64,000 nt of DNA from an uncultured Verrucomicrobiae bacterium (GCA_963762565.1 CAVXLD010000003.1:32001-96000), one strand, 5' to 3'; numbered from the stretch's first letter, positions 9,201-18,855 are shown. Made by a program: numbers and translations. Notes: generated by a model from the sequence alone, not told the origin.

Positions 9201-12097
9201 CCTTGTTCACGGATTTAAATCTTTGCCGACTTATCGTCGGTCGCATGGCGACACTCAGCCTGGAGCACGGCAACTGCGACGGATCTTGCCTTGCTTATGA
9301 GTGGTTGGGCGGCGTGCTGGGAACATATTTCGGAAAATACGAGGCTGGCTTCCGTTTCGGCAAGCTTGGCCTCAAGCTGGTCGAAAAGCATGGGCTGGAT
9401 CGTTTCAAGGCTCGTGTGTACGTCGTTTTTGCCGTTCACGTGGCCCATTGGACGCAACCCTTGCAGATCTCTCGCGACGCCCTGCGACGCGGGTTCCTGG
9501 CAGCGCGGGATGCCGGCGACCTGTCTTACGCGACCTATAGCTGCATTGACCTAATCACGAATCGTTTCGCCGCGGGAGATCCGCTCAGCGAAGTCGAGCG
9601 GGAGGCCGAGGATGGGCTCGAGTTTGCGCGCAAAGTGTGTTTCGGTCTCGCCATCGATTGCATTACCGGGCAGCTAAGGCTGATCCGGATGCTCCGAGGG
9701 CGGACGCCGGACTTCACTTCCTTCAATGACGTGGAATTCGATGAGGAGCGCTTTGCCCAACATCTGGAGAACAATCCCCAGCTGGCCATAGGCGCGTGCT
9801 ATTACTGGGTTCGCAAGCTGCAAGCTTGCGTGTACGCCGGCGATGGTGCGTCAGGCATTGTGGCCGCATCGAAGATTGCGTCGTTGCTTTGGACCGCACC
9901 GGCTCAATTCGAGCACGCCGAGTACCATTTCTACGGCGCTCTTGCCCGGGCAGCGCATTGCGACAAGGTCTTGGTGGAGGAACGGTCCGAGCATTTGGAG
10001 GCGCTGGCAGCTCATCACCAGCTCCTCACGACGTGGGCGGAGAATTGCCCTGAGAATTTCGAGAACCGCGCGGCCCTAGTGGGCGCCGAGATCGCTCGCA
10101 TCCAAGGCCGCGAGCTCGATGCTGAGCGTCTTTACGAACAGGCCATCCGCTCCTCCAATGCCAACGGGTTTGTCCAGAATGAAGCGCTCGCCAGCGAGCT
10201 TGCCGCGCGTTTCTACCTGGCACGCGGTTTCGATTTCGTCGCGCGTGCGTACTTGCGGAAAGCTCGGTACGACTATCTTCGCTGGGGTGCTGACGGAAAG
10301 GTGCGGCAGCTCGAAGAGTTATATCCGCACCTTAGGGGGGAAGAGCAAGCCTCGGGTCCAACGAGCACCATTGGCGCACCGGTCGAACACCTGGATCTGG
10401 CTACCGTGATCAAAGTCTCGCAAGCAGTGTCGGGCGAGATCGTCACGCACAAATTGATCGACACGCTAATGCGCACGGCCCTTGAGCACGCTGGTGCTGA
10501 ACGCGGCCTGTTAATTCTTTCGCGAGACGCTGAGCACCTCATCGAGGCGGAAGCCAGGACGAGCGGCGACACTGTCATAGTGAGGTTACGAGAAGCACCC
10601 GACCGCAACGCGTCCGCCGCGGTGGATGCGGGCGGGTGCATCGCAGAAGCTGAGCTGCCAGAATCGATCATTCATTATGTCGTGCGCGCCAGTGAGAGCG
10701 TGATTCTCGACGATGCCTTAGTCCAAAACCCGTTCTGGAACGATGACTACTTCCGTAAACACCAACTCCGCTCAGTTCTCTGTCTGCCGCTAATCAAACA
10801 GACCAAAGTGATCGGCGTGCTCTATCTAGAAAACAATCTGGCGCCGTACGTCTTCACACCAACCCGCATCGCGGTTTTGAAATTGCTCGCGTCCCAAGCC
10901 GCGATTTGCCTGGAGAACACCCGTCTTTACCGCGATCTAGGGGCACGTGAGGCAAGGATTCGGCGTTTAGTCGACGCTAATATTATCGGAATCTTCATCT
11001 GGAAGGTTGAAGGTCAGATTATTGAGGCAAATGAAGCGTTTCTCAACCTGGTGAACTACAGCCGTGAAGACCTCGTATCGGGTCGTCTGAGCTGGATTGA
11101 CATGACCCCCCCAGAGTGGCGCGACCTTACTGACCGCAACCTAACCCAGCTAAAGACGACTGGGACTATTCAACCATACGAGAAGGAATATTTCCGAAGC
11201 GACGGCAGCCGGGCACCGGTTCTAGTTGGCTCCGCCGTTTTCGAAGAAGAACAGAATGAGGGGGTTTCTTTTGTGGTCGATTTGAGCGAACGGAAGCGCA
11301 GCGAGGAGGCATTGCGGCGCCGCGAAACGGACCTGCGAGAGTCCCAGGCGGAGCTGGCTCACGTCTCCCGGGTGGTCACCATGGGAGAGTTGACCGCGTC
11401 GATCGCGCACGAAGTCAATCAGCCGCTGAGCGCAGCGCTTAATAATGCTGGCGCCTGTTTACGCTGGATGGCAGCCAATGAACCAGAGGAGGCGCGACAA
11501 TCTGCCTCGCTCGTGATCGGAAATGTGCGTCGAGCTGGCGAAATCATCGCTGGGATTCGTGCACTCGCCAAGAAGGCGCCGCCGCAAAAGGAACCACTCG
11601 AGATCAATGAAACGATTCGTGAAGTCTTCGCCTTGGTCCGCAACGCGCTGCACTCTAACAATGTGAGGCTACAGACTCAGCTCACGGACGATCTACCGCT
11701 GATCATCGGAGATAGGGTCCAATTGCAACAGGTCATTCTCAATTTACTGATCAATGCGATCGAAGCGATGGCTGAAATCGAAGAGGGTTCGCGAATATTG
11801 CGGGTGAGTTCGGAACGAACCATTGAACTCTCCGACAACTCGGAGCACGTATTAATCGCGGTCCGCGATTCGGGACCCGGACTCGATATGAACAGCCTTA
11901 ATCGTCTGTTCGATACCTTTTATACGACTAAACCTCAAGGCCTGGGCATGGGGTTGGGAATCAGCCGGTCGATTATCGAGGCTCACGGAGGACGCCTGTG
12001 GGCGGAGGCAAATGCGCCCAAAGGCGCTCTGTTTCAATTTACGTTACCGACTTTTGCCGAGGCGATTGAGCGGTCAGAGGTAAGCAGCGAGCAGTAA
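6230..12097 (+). CDS. Ser/Thr kinase-AAA ATPase-GAF-PAS-histidine kinase multidomain sensor
   Basis: HKDIKPAN, GTLAYMAPEQTG, Walker A GYSGIGKS, LDDLQW, GAF (LYLENN), PAS, H-box SIAHEVNQPL, HATPase GLGMGL. Confidence 0.93.
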   Translation: MIELSTYSLELLRNDKELNLYRGRSEHDDSRILVLSPAVEYPAPETLKRLEHEYSLREELEPAWAARPLAITHHWNRTVLVLEDPGGVPLDQLLGQPLELVFGLRLAVELSDVIDRLHQRGIIHKDIKPANVLANPLTGRCWLKGFGIASRLPRERQTAKPPELVAGTLAYMAPEQTGRMNRSTDRRSDLYAFGVSLYEMLTGALPFMASDPMEWVHCHIARKPISPSERLNSVPAAVSAVVMKLLAKTAEERYQTAAGVEADLRRCLSELEGSQPVRHSRSSGAPSEMQGSSMATADPRDPSLLRAGIRLRQFGEETIPVAEATSDRQRALPAPAAGMEDEDSLPDEALPSSVGSSVTERSREYEVPCEIPEFPLGEYDIPNQLLIPEKLYGRAREINILLASFGRVVASGRPEIVLVSGYSGIGKSSVVNELHQALIPQRGFFASGKVDQYKRDIPYSTLAQAFQGLVRSLLGRSDAELSRWSDAFREALGQNGQLIVDLIPELALILGLQPPVPELPAQDAQRRFQLVFRRFISVFARPEHPLALFLDDLQWLDGATLDLFEDLSTQWDVQHLMLIGAYRDNEVDSVHPLMRKLEAIRQAGATVHEIILAPLAREDLGRLIADALHCEPERATPLAQLVQEKTAGNPFFVIQFIHALVEEALLTFEHGSGRWSWDLSHIHDKGYTDNVVDLMIGKVNRLPGETQKALQEFACLGNSAEIKTLSAVCATSEEELHSNLWEAVRLEYIRRSEDSYIFGHDRVQEAAYSLIPEKLRAEAHVRIGRILRVLTPGDKLEERIFEIVNQFYRGTALIVTQGEREQVAELNLVAGKRAKSATAYASALRYLTAGRTLLGENAWEECNQLTFQIELNHAECEYLTGKLALAEEHLSALSTRAQSIFESAAVSCMRINLYTTLDQSDSAVEVGLDYLRRVDDEWPAHPTADHVQQEYSRLWLELGSRPIEAMLDLPLMSDAEKSATMDVLTVLTIPALFTDLNLCRLIVGRMATLSLEHGNCDGSCLAYEWLGGVLGTYFGKYEAGFRFGKLGLKLVEKHGLDRFKARVYVVFAVHVAHWTQPLQISRDALRRGFLAARDAGDLSYATYSCIDLITNRFAAGDPLSEVEREAEDGLEFARKVCFGLAIDCITGQLRLIRMLRGRTPDFTSFNDVEFDEERFAQHLENNPQLAIGACYYWVRKLQACVYAGDGASGIVAASKIASLLWTAPAQFEHAEYHFYGALARAAHCDKVLVEERSEHLEALAAHHQLLTTWAENCPENFENRAALVGAEIARIQGRELDAERLYEQAIRSSNANGFVQNEALASELAARFYLARGFDFVARAYLRKARYDYLRWGADGKVRQLEELYPHLRGEEQASGPTSTIGAPVEHLDLATVIKVSQAVSGEIVTHKLIDTLMRTALEHAGAERGLLILSRDAEHLIEAEARTSGDTVIVRLREAPDRNASAAVDAGGCIAEAELPESIIHYVVRASESVILDDALVQNPFWNDDYFRKHQLRSVLCLPLIKQTKVIGVLYLENNLAPYVFTPTRIAVLKLLASQAAICLENTRLYRDLGAREARIRRLVDANIIGIFIWKVEGQIIEANEAFLNLVNYSREDLVSGRLSWIDMTPPEWRDLTDRNLTQLKTTGTIQPYEKEYFRSDGSRAPVLVGSAVFEEEQNEGVSFVVDLSERKRSEEALRRRETDLRESQAELAHVSRVVTMGELTASIAHEVNQPLSAALNNAGACLRWMAANEPEEARQSASLVIGNVRRAGEIIAGIRALAKKAPPQKEPLEINETIREVFALVRNALHSNNVRLQTQLTDDLPLIIGDRVQLQQVILNLLINAIEAMAEIEEGSRILRVSSERTIELSDNSEHVLIAVRDSGPGLDMNSLNRLFDTFYTTKPQGLGMGLGISRSIIEAHGGRLWAEANAPKGALFQFTLPTFAEAIERSEVSSEQ
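7045..7338. repeat. Nested palindromic repeat cluster inserted in frame in the kinase gene
   Basis: gcctgtccgccatagc..ggcgacggcgga, gctacgtcggacaggc and gaggacgaggacagcctgcccgacgaagc..gaagtcgg, matching intergenic family A modules. Confidence 0.75.
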
Positions 12098-12178
12098 GAG
12101 GTAAGCAGTAAGCAGTAAGCGGTAAGCAGTAAGAGGTAAGCAGTAAGAGGTAAGCAGTAAATAGTAAGCAGTGAGCGG
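12080..12178. repeat. Heptamer tandem array (CAGTAAG-like), left arm
   Basis: About 13 degenerate units; includes the kinase stop codon; inverted relative to 12931-12983. Confidence 0.9.
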
Positions 12179-12184
12179 GTTTCT

Positions 12185-12914
12185 ATGAGTGAATCAGATG
12201 GAACGGTTCGGTCGTTGAGTAGAGGCTTCGTTAAGGATTATACAGATCTCCTTGCGTATCGGACGAGTTTTAAGCTGAGCAAAGAAATTTTTGAAGTGAC
12301 GAAGCAATTTCCTAAAGAAGAGATGTACTCTTTAACCGACCAGTTTCGCCGGGCTATAAGGTCGGTGGGAGCCAACATTGCAGACGCCTGGGGTAAACGA
12401 CGGTACGAGAAGCATTTCGTAAGTAAGCTTACCGACGCAGATGCCGAACGCTTAGAGGCGCAGCATAAGTGTACCGTCTCGCATATAATGGTGACATCGT
12501 TGCGATCAAAATGGGCCGCCGGCAAGGCGCGAGGAGGGCGCATATCTGGATCGATACGTAACCGACGAGCAACGCAGCCGCCGGCCCATTTTCATCGCAA
12601 CCCTCCGGGCCGTGGCCAGTTGGCTGTTTTTCCGCGTTGCTCGCTCCTCACGTATCAATTCAGATATGCTCGTCGTTCGCGCCTTGAAAAACAGCCAACT
12701 GACCGGCGGCGATGTCGCCATTATATGCGAGACGGTACACCAGCTCAGAACCTCTTATACCTGCGAATATCTTACTAACGATCAGGCCGAGAAAATGAAC
12801 GAAAGATTACTAGAAATCGGGCGCCTTTTAAATGGCATGATCGAAAGATCATCCGCTTTTGTCATTGGAGATGATCGCGTGCGGGAGGACCCTTCGATCG
12901 ACGAATTCTTTTAG
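12185..12914 (+). pseudogene. Four-helix-bundle protein (23S rRNA-IVS-like family), disrupted by a MITE
   Basis: FPKEEMYSLTDQFRRAIRSVGANIADAWGKRRYEKHFVSKLTDADAE continues in another frame as LRTSYTCEYL..EIGRLLNGMI; removing 274 bp (12469-12742) restores the frame. Confidence 0.85.
12469..12740. mobile_element. MITE with terminal inverted repeats and two internal hairpins
   Basis: gtgtaccgtctcgcatataatgg / ccattatatgcgagacggtacac TIRs; interior closely matches 55777-56068. Confidence 0.85.
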
Positions 12915-12930
12915 CTTAGAGACGTCGAGC

Positions 12931-12983
12931 GCTGCTTACTGCTTACCGCTTACCGCTTACTATTTACTGCTCACCGCTTACTA
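12931..12983. repeat. Heptamer tandem array (CTTACTG-like), right arm
   Basis: Reverse complement of the left arm, including the agtaaatagtaagc/gcttactatttact variant; ends next to ATG 12986. Confidence 0.9.
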
Positions 12984-12985
12984 AT

Positions 12986-13612
12986 ATGCCCCAGGCTGAG
13001 CCAACGGTTTTCATTGTCGATGATGACGCGCAGATGCGCGAGTCACTGAGGAACCTCATTCGGTCGGTTGGGCTGCGAGTTGAGCTGTTCGCATCGGCTC
13101 AAGAGTTTGTGCAAAGCCAGCATCCGGACGCGCCCAGTTGCCTGGTGCTCGATGTGCGTATGCCGGGGCTGAGCGGTCTCGACTTGCAGAAACAAGCTTC
13201 CGAGGCCGATCTGGAAATTCCCATCATTTTCATGACTGGGCACGGCGATATCCCGATGTCGGTACGTGCGATGAAGGCCGGAGCGGTTGAGTTCTTAACT
13301 AAGCCTTTTCGTGACCAGGATCTGCTCGACGCAATTCAGGAGGCGCTGGACCGAAGCCGGAAAGCTCGCGAGCAACAGGCGGTAACCGACGAGCTGCGCC
13401 GGCGTTTTGCATCGCTTACTCCGCGCGAGCGCGAAGTCATGGAAAGAGTGGTGGCAGGCCTGCTCAATAAGCAGATTGGAGCAGAACTCGGTACCAGCGA
13501 AACCACCGTCAAAATTCAACGCCATCAAGTGATGGAGAAGATGGGAGCCGGTTCGTTGCCCGAGCTGGTCAGGATGGCCGATAGACTCGGAATAATAGTA
13601 CGAAAGGCGTAG
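12986..13612 (+). CDS. FixJ/LuxR-family response regulator
   Basis: Receiver plus LuxR HTH; paralog of 814-1452. Confidence 0.92.
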   Translation: MPQAEPTVFIVDDDAQMRESLRNLIRSVGLRVELFASAQEFVQSQHPDAPSCLVLDVRMPGLSGLDLQKQASEADLEIPIIFMTGHGDIPMSVRAMKAGAVEFLTKPFRDQDLLDAIQEALDRSRKAREQQAVTDELRRRFASLTPREREVMERVVAGLLNKQIGAELGTSETTVKIQRHQVMEKMGAGSLPELVRMADRLGIIVRKA

Positions 13613-13743
13613 TCGCCTTTACCAAGGAAGAGTAGAAATTCTCGCTTTTTAACGTCACTGTGCTGCTGTCAGCCTGCATTGCGCACGGATCCCGGAAGGC
13701 AAGTTAGCAATCGAGGCTAACGATGTTTGAATAAACGCAGGCT

Positions 13744-14115
13744 ATGGCAAGTATTCCGCTTATTTCGATCGTGGACGATGACGACACCCTCAGAAGATCG
13801 CTCGACAACCTCATCCGATCAGCCGGCTTGCGCGCTCGGGGGTTCTGTTCGGCTGAAGCGTTCCTGAAATCAAATCAACTGGGTGAGACCGACTGTCTGC
13901 TGCTTGATGTATGCCTACCAGGAATGAGCGGACCAGAGCTCCAACGTCAGCTGGCTACGGCCAATTCCGACGTGCCGATCATTTTTATGACCGCGCATGA
14001 AAGTGGACATCAACGAACGCAAGCTCTCGCAGCGGGTGCAGTGGCGTTTTTGAATAAGCCCTTTGATGAGGAAGATCTACTTAACGCAATTGATAAAGCT
14101 TTGAAAAACATATGA
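13744..14115 (+). CDS. Single-domain response regulator
   Basis: IVDDD, LDVCLPG, FMTA, FLNKPF. Confidence 0.88.
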   Translation: MASIPLISIVDDDDTLRRSLDNLIRSAGLRARGFCSAEAFLKSNQLGETDCLLLDVCLPGMSGPELQRQLATANSDVPIIFMTAHESGHQRTQALAAGAVAFLNKPFDEEDLLNAIDKALKNI

Positions 14116-14171
14116 TGCCAAACAGTTAGGCTTGTTCGCGAGAAACTTGCGGCTGGCCGGAAAGGTTAACC

Positions 14172-15596
14172 ATGAACACGCATAATCCATTCGTCTGTGT
14201 AGTCGATGACGACGCTTTGATTCGGGAAAGCCTGTGGAATTTGTTCCGCTCGGCCGGACTGAGAGTACAGACATTTGCTTCGGCACAGGAGTTTCTGACC
14301 AGCCGGCGTTCGGAAAGTCCCAGCTGTATCGTGCTCGATGTACGAATGCCGGGAATAACTGGTCTTGAGCTGCAACGAGAACTTGGCGCCGATTCTCAGA
14401 TCCCCATTATATTCATGACGGGTCACGGCGACATTCCAACGAGTGTTCGTGCCATGAAGGCGGGAGCTTTTGAATTTCTTACTAAGCCCTGCAGCGATGT
14501 GGATCTGCTTCGTACCGTAAACCAGGCGATTCAGCGTGGGGCGCTAGTCGAAAAAGGGGAAACCGCTGAAGGCGGAACCTGCTCAGAAGAGAAGCCGGGC
14601 CAGGAAACGGATTTTTCGGAGATCGTGGGCGGGAGTCCAGCGTTGCGTAACGTGTTGCGCCAGGTCGCGATGGTTGCCGCGAGCAATGCGACCGTCTTGA
14701 TCTTGGGTGAAACTGGAACCGGGAAAGAGCTCATCACGCGCGCCATTCACCAACACAGCCTGCGGAGAGACAAGCCTCTGGTTCGGGTCAATTGCAGCTC
14801 AATACCAAAAGAATTGTTCGAAAGCGAGTTCTTCGGGCACGTCAGAGGTGCGTTTACTAGCGCGGTGAGAGACCGAATTGGGCGATTCGAGGCGGCCTGT
14901 GGTGGAACTCTGTTTCTAGACGAGGTTGGCGAAATTCCACTGGAACTACAAAGCAAATTGCTTCGTGTGCTGCAGGAGAAGTCTTACGAAAGGGTAGGAG
15001 ATACTACAAGCAGAACCGCGGATGTTCGAATCGTCGCCGCGACTAACCGGGATCTCAAAAAAGAGATCGAAGCCGGCCGCTTCCGGGAAGATCTTTATTA
15101 TCGATTGAATGTTTTTCCAATTAAAGTGGTACCGCTTCGGGACCGCAAAGACGATATTCCATTGCTCGCATCCCATTTTATTGAGACAGCAGTAAAAGAA
15201 CTCAAGTGTCCGAGACCGAGGTTGACTCAAGCCGGGATAGAGACGCTGCTCAACTACGATTGGCCGGGCAACATCCGCGAGTTATGTAATGTGATTCAAA
15301 GAGCTGCTATCTTTGCCCAAGGTGGTGCTTTGCAGTTTGATCTGCCAATGAGTAACACGTCGGCGGAACTAACCTCCCGGGAGCCGGCGAATGGCGGCAA
15401 CAGCGATGCCGGATACGTAACCGAAGCTGAAATACGCCGCCGCGAACGGGAGAATCTTTCCATTGTGCTCCACAAGACGGGCTGGAAAATCAAAGGTATC
15501 GGCGGAGCCGCCGAGCTTTTGGGGGTGAGTCCCACTACTCTGTCTGCCCGGATAGAAAAGATGGGTTTCAGACGGCCTAGCACAGCACACTCTTGA
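14172..15596 (+). CDS. Sigma54-dependent response regulator (GAFTSA variant)
   Basis: Receiver, [25 protein letters not shown]; paralog of 4278-5720. Confidence 0.92.
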   Translation: MNTHNPFVCVVDDDALIRESLWNLFRSAGLRVQTFASAQEFLTSRRSESPSCIVLDVRMPGITGLELQRELGADSQIPIIFMTGHGDIPTSVRAMKAGAFEFLTKPCSDVDLLRTVNQAIQRGALVEKGETAEGGTCSEEKPGQETDFSEIVGGSPALRNVLRQVAMVAASNATVLILGETGTGKELITRAIHQHSLRRDKPLVRVNCSSIPKELFESEFFGHVRGAFTSAVRDRIGRFEAACGGTLFLDEVGEIPLELQSKLLRVLQEKSYERVGDTTSRTADVRIVAATNRDLKKEIEAGRFREDLYYRLNVFPIKVVPLRDRKDDIPLLASHFIETAVKELKCPRPRLTQAGIETLLNYDWPGNIRELCNVIQRAAIFAQGGALQFDLPMSNTSAELTSREPANGGNSDAGYVTEAEIRRRERENLSIVLHKTGWKIKGIGGAAELLGVSPTTLSARIEKMGFRRPSTAHS

Positions 15597-15703
15597 AAAG
15601 CCTAGTCTTTGCTTAGCGGTGAACTAAGGCGAGTCTTTACGACCCGGACGTCTCTCGGCCAAATGATGCGGCAGCTGCGCGTGCGCGCAAACATAAGGCG
15701 AAG

Positions 15704-15897
15704 CCGTGGAGCGTTGCCTCGCTTGCGAGGCCGATGGTGAGCGGAGCTGACAGGGTAACGGTTGTACGTCGGCAGGCTGGGCTGTTGACCGCAATGAAGC
15801 GGGGCGCTGAGACATAAAGCGTTTGGTCGAAACCAGGCCTGCCTCGCGATTTCCCCCTGTTCATCATCGGCCTCGCAAGCGAGGCAGCGCTCCATGG
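15704..15897. repeat. Inverted-repeat element built on the GCCTCGCTTGCGAGGC palindrome
   Basis: ccgtggagcgttgcctcgcttgcgaggccgatg mirrored by catcggcctcgcaagcgaggcagcgctccatgg; same core as the family A inner module. Confidence 0.8.
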
Positions 15898-15927
15898 GGC
15901 AATGATCCGACAGCCGCCGGACGGTAC

Positions 15928-16115
15928 GCCTCCTACTCATGACTCGACGCACTCGTTTAATGCCGGTCGTTTCAAACCAATCTTTTGTATCCGGGCGAAC
16001 AAAGTGGTGGGACTCAGCCCCGGAAGCTCTGCGGCTCCGTCGGCGCCTTTGATTTTCCAGCCAGCCTTCTGCAGCACAGCGAAAAGGTTTTGGCCTTCGC
16101 GGCGTCGAATTTCTG
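15928..16115 (-). pseudogene. Duplicated 3' end (Fis HTH) of the sigma54 regulator at 4278
   Basis: QKAGWKIKGADGAAEL..LKRPALNECVES plus the downstream gcctcctac flank, near-identical to 4269-4460. Confidence 0.85.
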
Positions 16116-16432
16116 TCGAAATCGCTCCCCGGGGCAACGAAATCACGGGAGGGACAGTATCACCGGTACGAAAACCGGCCCGTTTCAAAAATCGTCCTGG
16201 ACCGGCAGGGCGCACGCGCCTCAAGGGAAAGGAGCAGATCCATTCCGCCCGTTGGTAATGCACCTGATGGACAGCAATTAGCAGCTGAAAATCGAGATTG
16301 GCACGCAACCTGTTCTATGGGTTTGGCAACTGCAACTTTAAGACGTTCAACTAACTAACCTTCATTGCTTCAGCAACTGTTCCCAAAGCCTCGTTCTCAC
16401 TTCGCAAACATCGCTATCAGGACGAACATAGT

Positions 16433-18772
16433 ATGAACAGCACACAAAAGCCGGTCGCAATTGTAACGGGAGCTTCCAGCGGAATCGGCCTCGGCCTTAC
16501 GCTGGCGCTCATCAAACAGAGCTACGATGTGGCGGGAACGTCTCTGAGTAACAGCAAGTCTAAGGAGCTGAAAGCGTCTTCTGAAGCATCCGCCCAACAA
16601 CTTGAGTGGAAGGACCGCATGTTCGTGGTGCACGCCTTGAAGGTCGGGCTGGCCGGTGTTCTCTCGCTATTTGTCGCCCAAGCTCTTCGTCTGCAATACC
16701 CCGAGTGGGCTCCGTTCACCGTGATGGTATTAATGATGGTGCATCCGCATCCTGGGTCGATCGCACTCAAGTCGCTCTTCCGGTTGGTCGGCACCCTGGC
16801 TGGCGCCAGCCTGGCTGTCTGGCTGGTGAGCGACTACTTATCTGCTCCCATCTTCTTTTTGAGTGTGACGTTCCTGGTTATGAGTTTGGCCAGTTACAAG
16901 GTGGGCCAGCTCGGCTCAGGGATGCCTCCTTATCTCTATTTCTTGATCGGGGTCACCCTGATTATCGTCGAAAGCAGCGCCCTAACCCAACCGGACCAGG
17001 CCTGGTTTATTGCACTTAGCCGCGTCGAAGAAACCTTTGTCGGAATCGGGGCTGTTTTAATTGTGAATTCATTGTTCCGGCCGCGGAGTCCGCGGCATGA
17101 ATTTCAGCAAGTCGCGCGCTCCGCGGTCGATCAACTTGAGCATCTAACCAATGCTGAGCTCCAAAACATCAAGGAAGGAATTGGTTTTAGTTCTGAAGTA
17201 ATGGAGGGGCAAACCGCCGTGCTGCGGAAGCTCCTGTCGCTGGACAGCCTTTTGCTAGCTGAACGACGTGAAAGCTTATACTTCAGAGCCAATACGGCTG
17301 TTCTTCAAAAAGTCCTAAATTCACTTCGAAACCTTTTCCAAGCCGTATCTATTCTGAGCCGATCGGGGCTTGACTGGAAAGTGCTAGACGGACGATTCCG
17401 GAACCAATTGGAAGCGGCCCAAGATTTATTGAAGCACGGCTTCGCGAACGTTGGGCGCACCTCGGATCCGTCTATCCTCGCGACTGCGTTCCAAACGTTG
17501 GATGACGAAATCAATCACTGGGGTCGAGCCGGTGAGCTTCAGGAGCTGCCGGCCGATCAACTAGCGGCTTATTTGCGTTGTTGGAATGCTTTTCGCCGCA
17601 TGCAGAATGAGTTGGTGAGCCTCTACGATTTGCCGAACCAGTTACAGCGCTCCGAGCCAGACACGGTGCTTCCATCTCATCCCTCTAGGACTCAGCGGAA
17701 AATCGATCGACGTCTGGTCATTGTTGGAGTCAAAGGAGGGCTGGTCACTGTCGTCAGCTTATTTTTAGTTGAATGGCTTCATCTGCCGGGAGGGAGCATT
17801 TTGCCAGTCGCCGCCTGGCTGGCAGTAATTTTTACCTCCTACCAAATCCCCTCCGGACGTCCAGGACATATCCGGGCGTTTCGCAACCTGCTGCTGATGG
17901 CTTTATACGGAATCGTGGCATTCCTTGGCTTACTCGTGCTGACACCTTTCCTGTCGAACTACTGGTTCATGAATCTAATCCTGTTCTGCATTCTGTTTGC
18001 CCATGGTTATTTCGCCTCGAAGACTTCCGGGCTGGCCTTCTGGATGTTAGGAACGATTTTCCTCGCTTTGGTTCTAGTCGCTCTCAATACGCAAAAGCCA
18101 GTTCTCTTCGCAGAGATTGTGGAGAGCTGCTTAGGGGTGATAACCGGCTTTACCGTGGGCGTGACCATAGCGCGGGTGTTATGGCCAAGATTGCCCCAGA
18201 AAGAGTTGAAAGAAGCTACCGTCCGATTTTGTGACGCTGCCAAATCGGCTTTGGCCGAGAACCCGGCTGAGTCAATGCGCAGTATCAATTCTACCCTGTC
18301 GGCTCTGCCATTGGACATCGCCCGAACAACGGCAGTACTCGGAGTCAACGGTTTTCTACGGCAAGAACAGGCGAAATGGACCCGGCTGATTCCCGTTTTG
18401 ATGTGCATATCGGCCCAACTGCCGCGTCTGACATCGATTCGGGGCAAGTTCATCGATTCCCAAGAATTAGGGTTCTATTTGGATGGTTTGCACCAGGATT
18501 TTAGAACCTGGATGGATGCTCTCGGCCGTTTTTTTCGCCAGCCAGACAGCCAGAAGGCTCTACCTTCTGTTCAAGGCCTAATTAACCACCTGAAGCAGAG
18601 GCTAGAAGGCCTGACCGTAACTGATCCATCGCATCCGTCTTCGAATAGTTCGGCGCCCGAAACCTTAATAGATGTGCATGAGTATTTGGTGACGGCGGAG
18701 CTCATGCGGCTGTGCGGTGACATCGCTTCAAGCCTCCGGTTAGCCGAGTACTCAGGAGACTACTTCCTCTAG
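16433..18772 (+). CDS. FUSC/AaeB-family efflux inner-membrane protein with an N-terminal SDR stub
   Basis: Two hydrophobic FUSC-like blocks (LQYPEWAPFTV..RLVGTLAG..RVEE); first ~50 aa are VAIVTGASSGIG Rossmann-like. Confidence 0.8.
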   Translation: MNSTQKPVAIVTGASSGIGLGLTLALIKQSYDVAGTSLSNSKSKELKASSEASAQQLEWKDRMFVVHALKVGLAGVLSLFVAQALRLQYPEWAPFTVMVLMMVHPHPGSIALKSLFRLVGTLAGASLAVWLVSDYLSAPIFFLSVTFLVMSLASYKVGQLGSGMPPYLYFLIGVTLIIVESSALTQPDQAWFIALSRVEETFVGIGAVLIVNSLFRPRSPRHEFQQVARSAVDQLEHLTNAELQNIKEGIGFSSEVMEGQTAVLRKLLSLDSLLLAERRESLYFRANTAVLQKVLNSLRNLFQAVSILSRSGLDWKVLDGRFRNQLEAAQDLLKHGFANVGRTSDPSILATAFQTLDDEINHWGRAGELQELPADQLAAYLRCWNAFRRMQNELVSLYDLPNQLQRSEPDTVLPSHPSRTQRKIDRRLVIVGVKGGLVTVVSLFLVEWLHLPGGSILPVAAWLAVIFTSYQIPSGRPGHIRAFRNLLLMALYGIVAFLGLLVLTPFLSNYWFMNLILFCILFAHGYFASKTSGLAFWMLGTIFLALVLVALNTQKPVLFAEIVESCLGVITGFTVGVTIARVLWPRLPQKELKEATVRFCDAAKSALAENPAESMRSINSTLSALPLDIARTTAVLGVNGFLRQEQAKWTRLIPVLMCISAQLPRLTSIRGKFIDSQELGFYLDGLHQDFRTWMDALGRFFRQPDSQKALPSVQGLINHLKQRLEGLTVTDPSHPSSNSSAPETLIDVHEYLVTAELMRLCGDIASSLRLAEYSGDYFL

Positions 18773-18855
18773 AGGTTATACTGAAAACTCCGACCAGATT
18801 TTATGATCTTACTTCCCACACACTATAAACAATTGAGTCGTAAATCTTACTGCTT

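Noticed and set aside
12185..12914. Diversity-generating retroelement (Avd-like four-helix bundle)
   Set aside because: No reverse transcriptase and no template/variable repeat pair with adenine-specific differences seen in the window
16299..16316. Sigma54 promoter TGGCAC upstream of the FUSC operon (similar sites at ~30795 and ~36695)
   Set aside because: The -12 GC is missing or the GG-GC spacing is 9 rather than 10; unsupported
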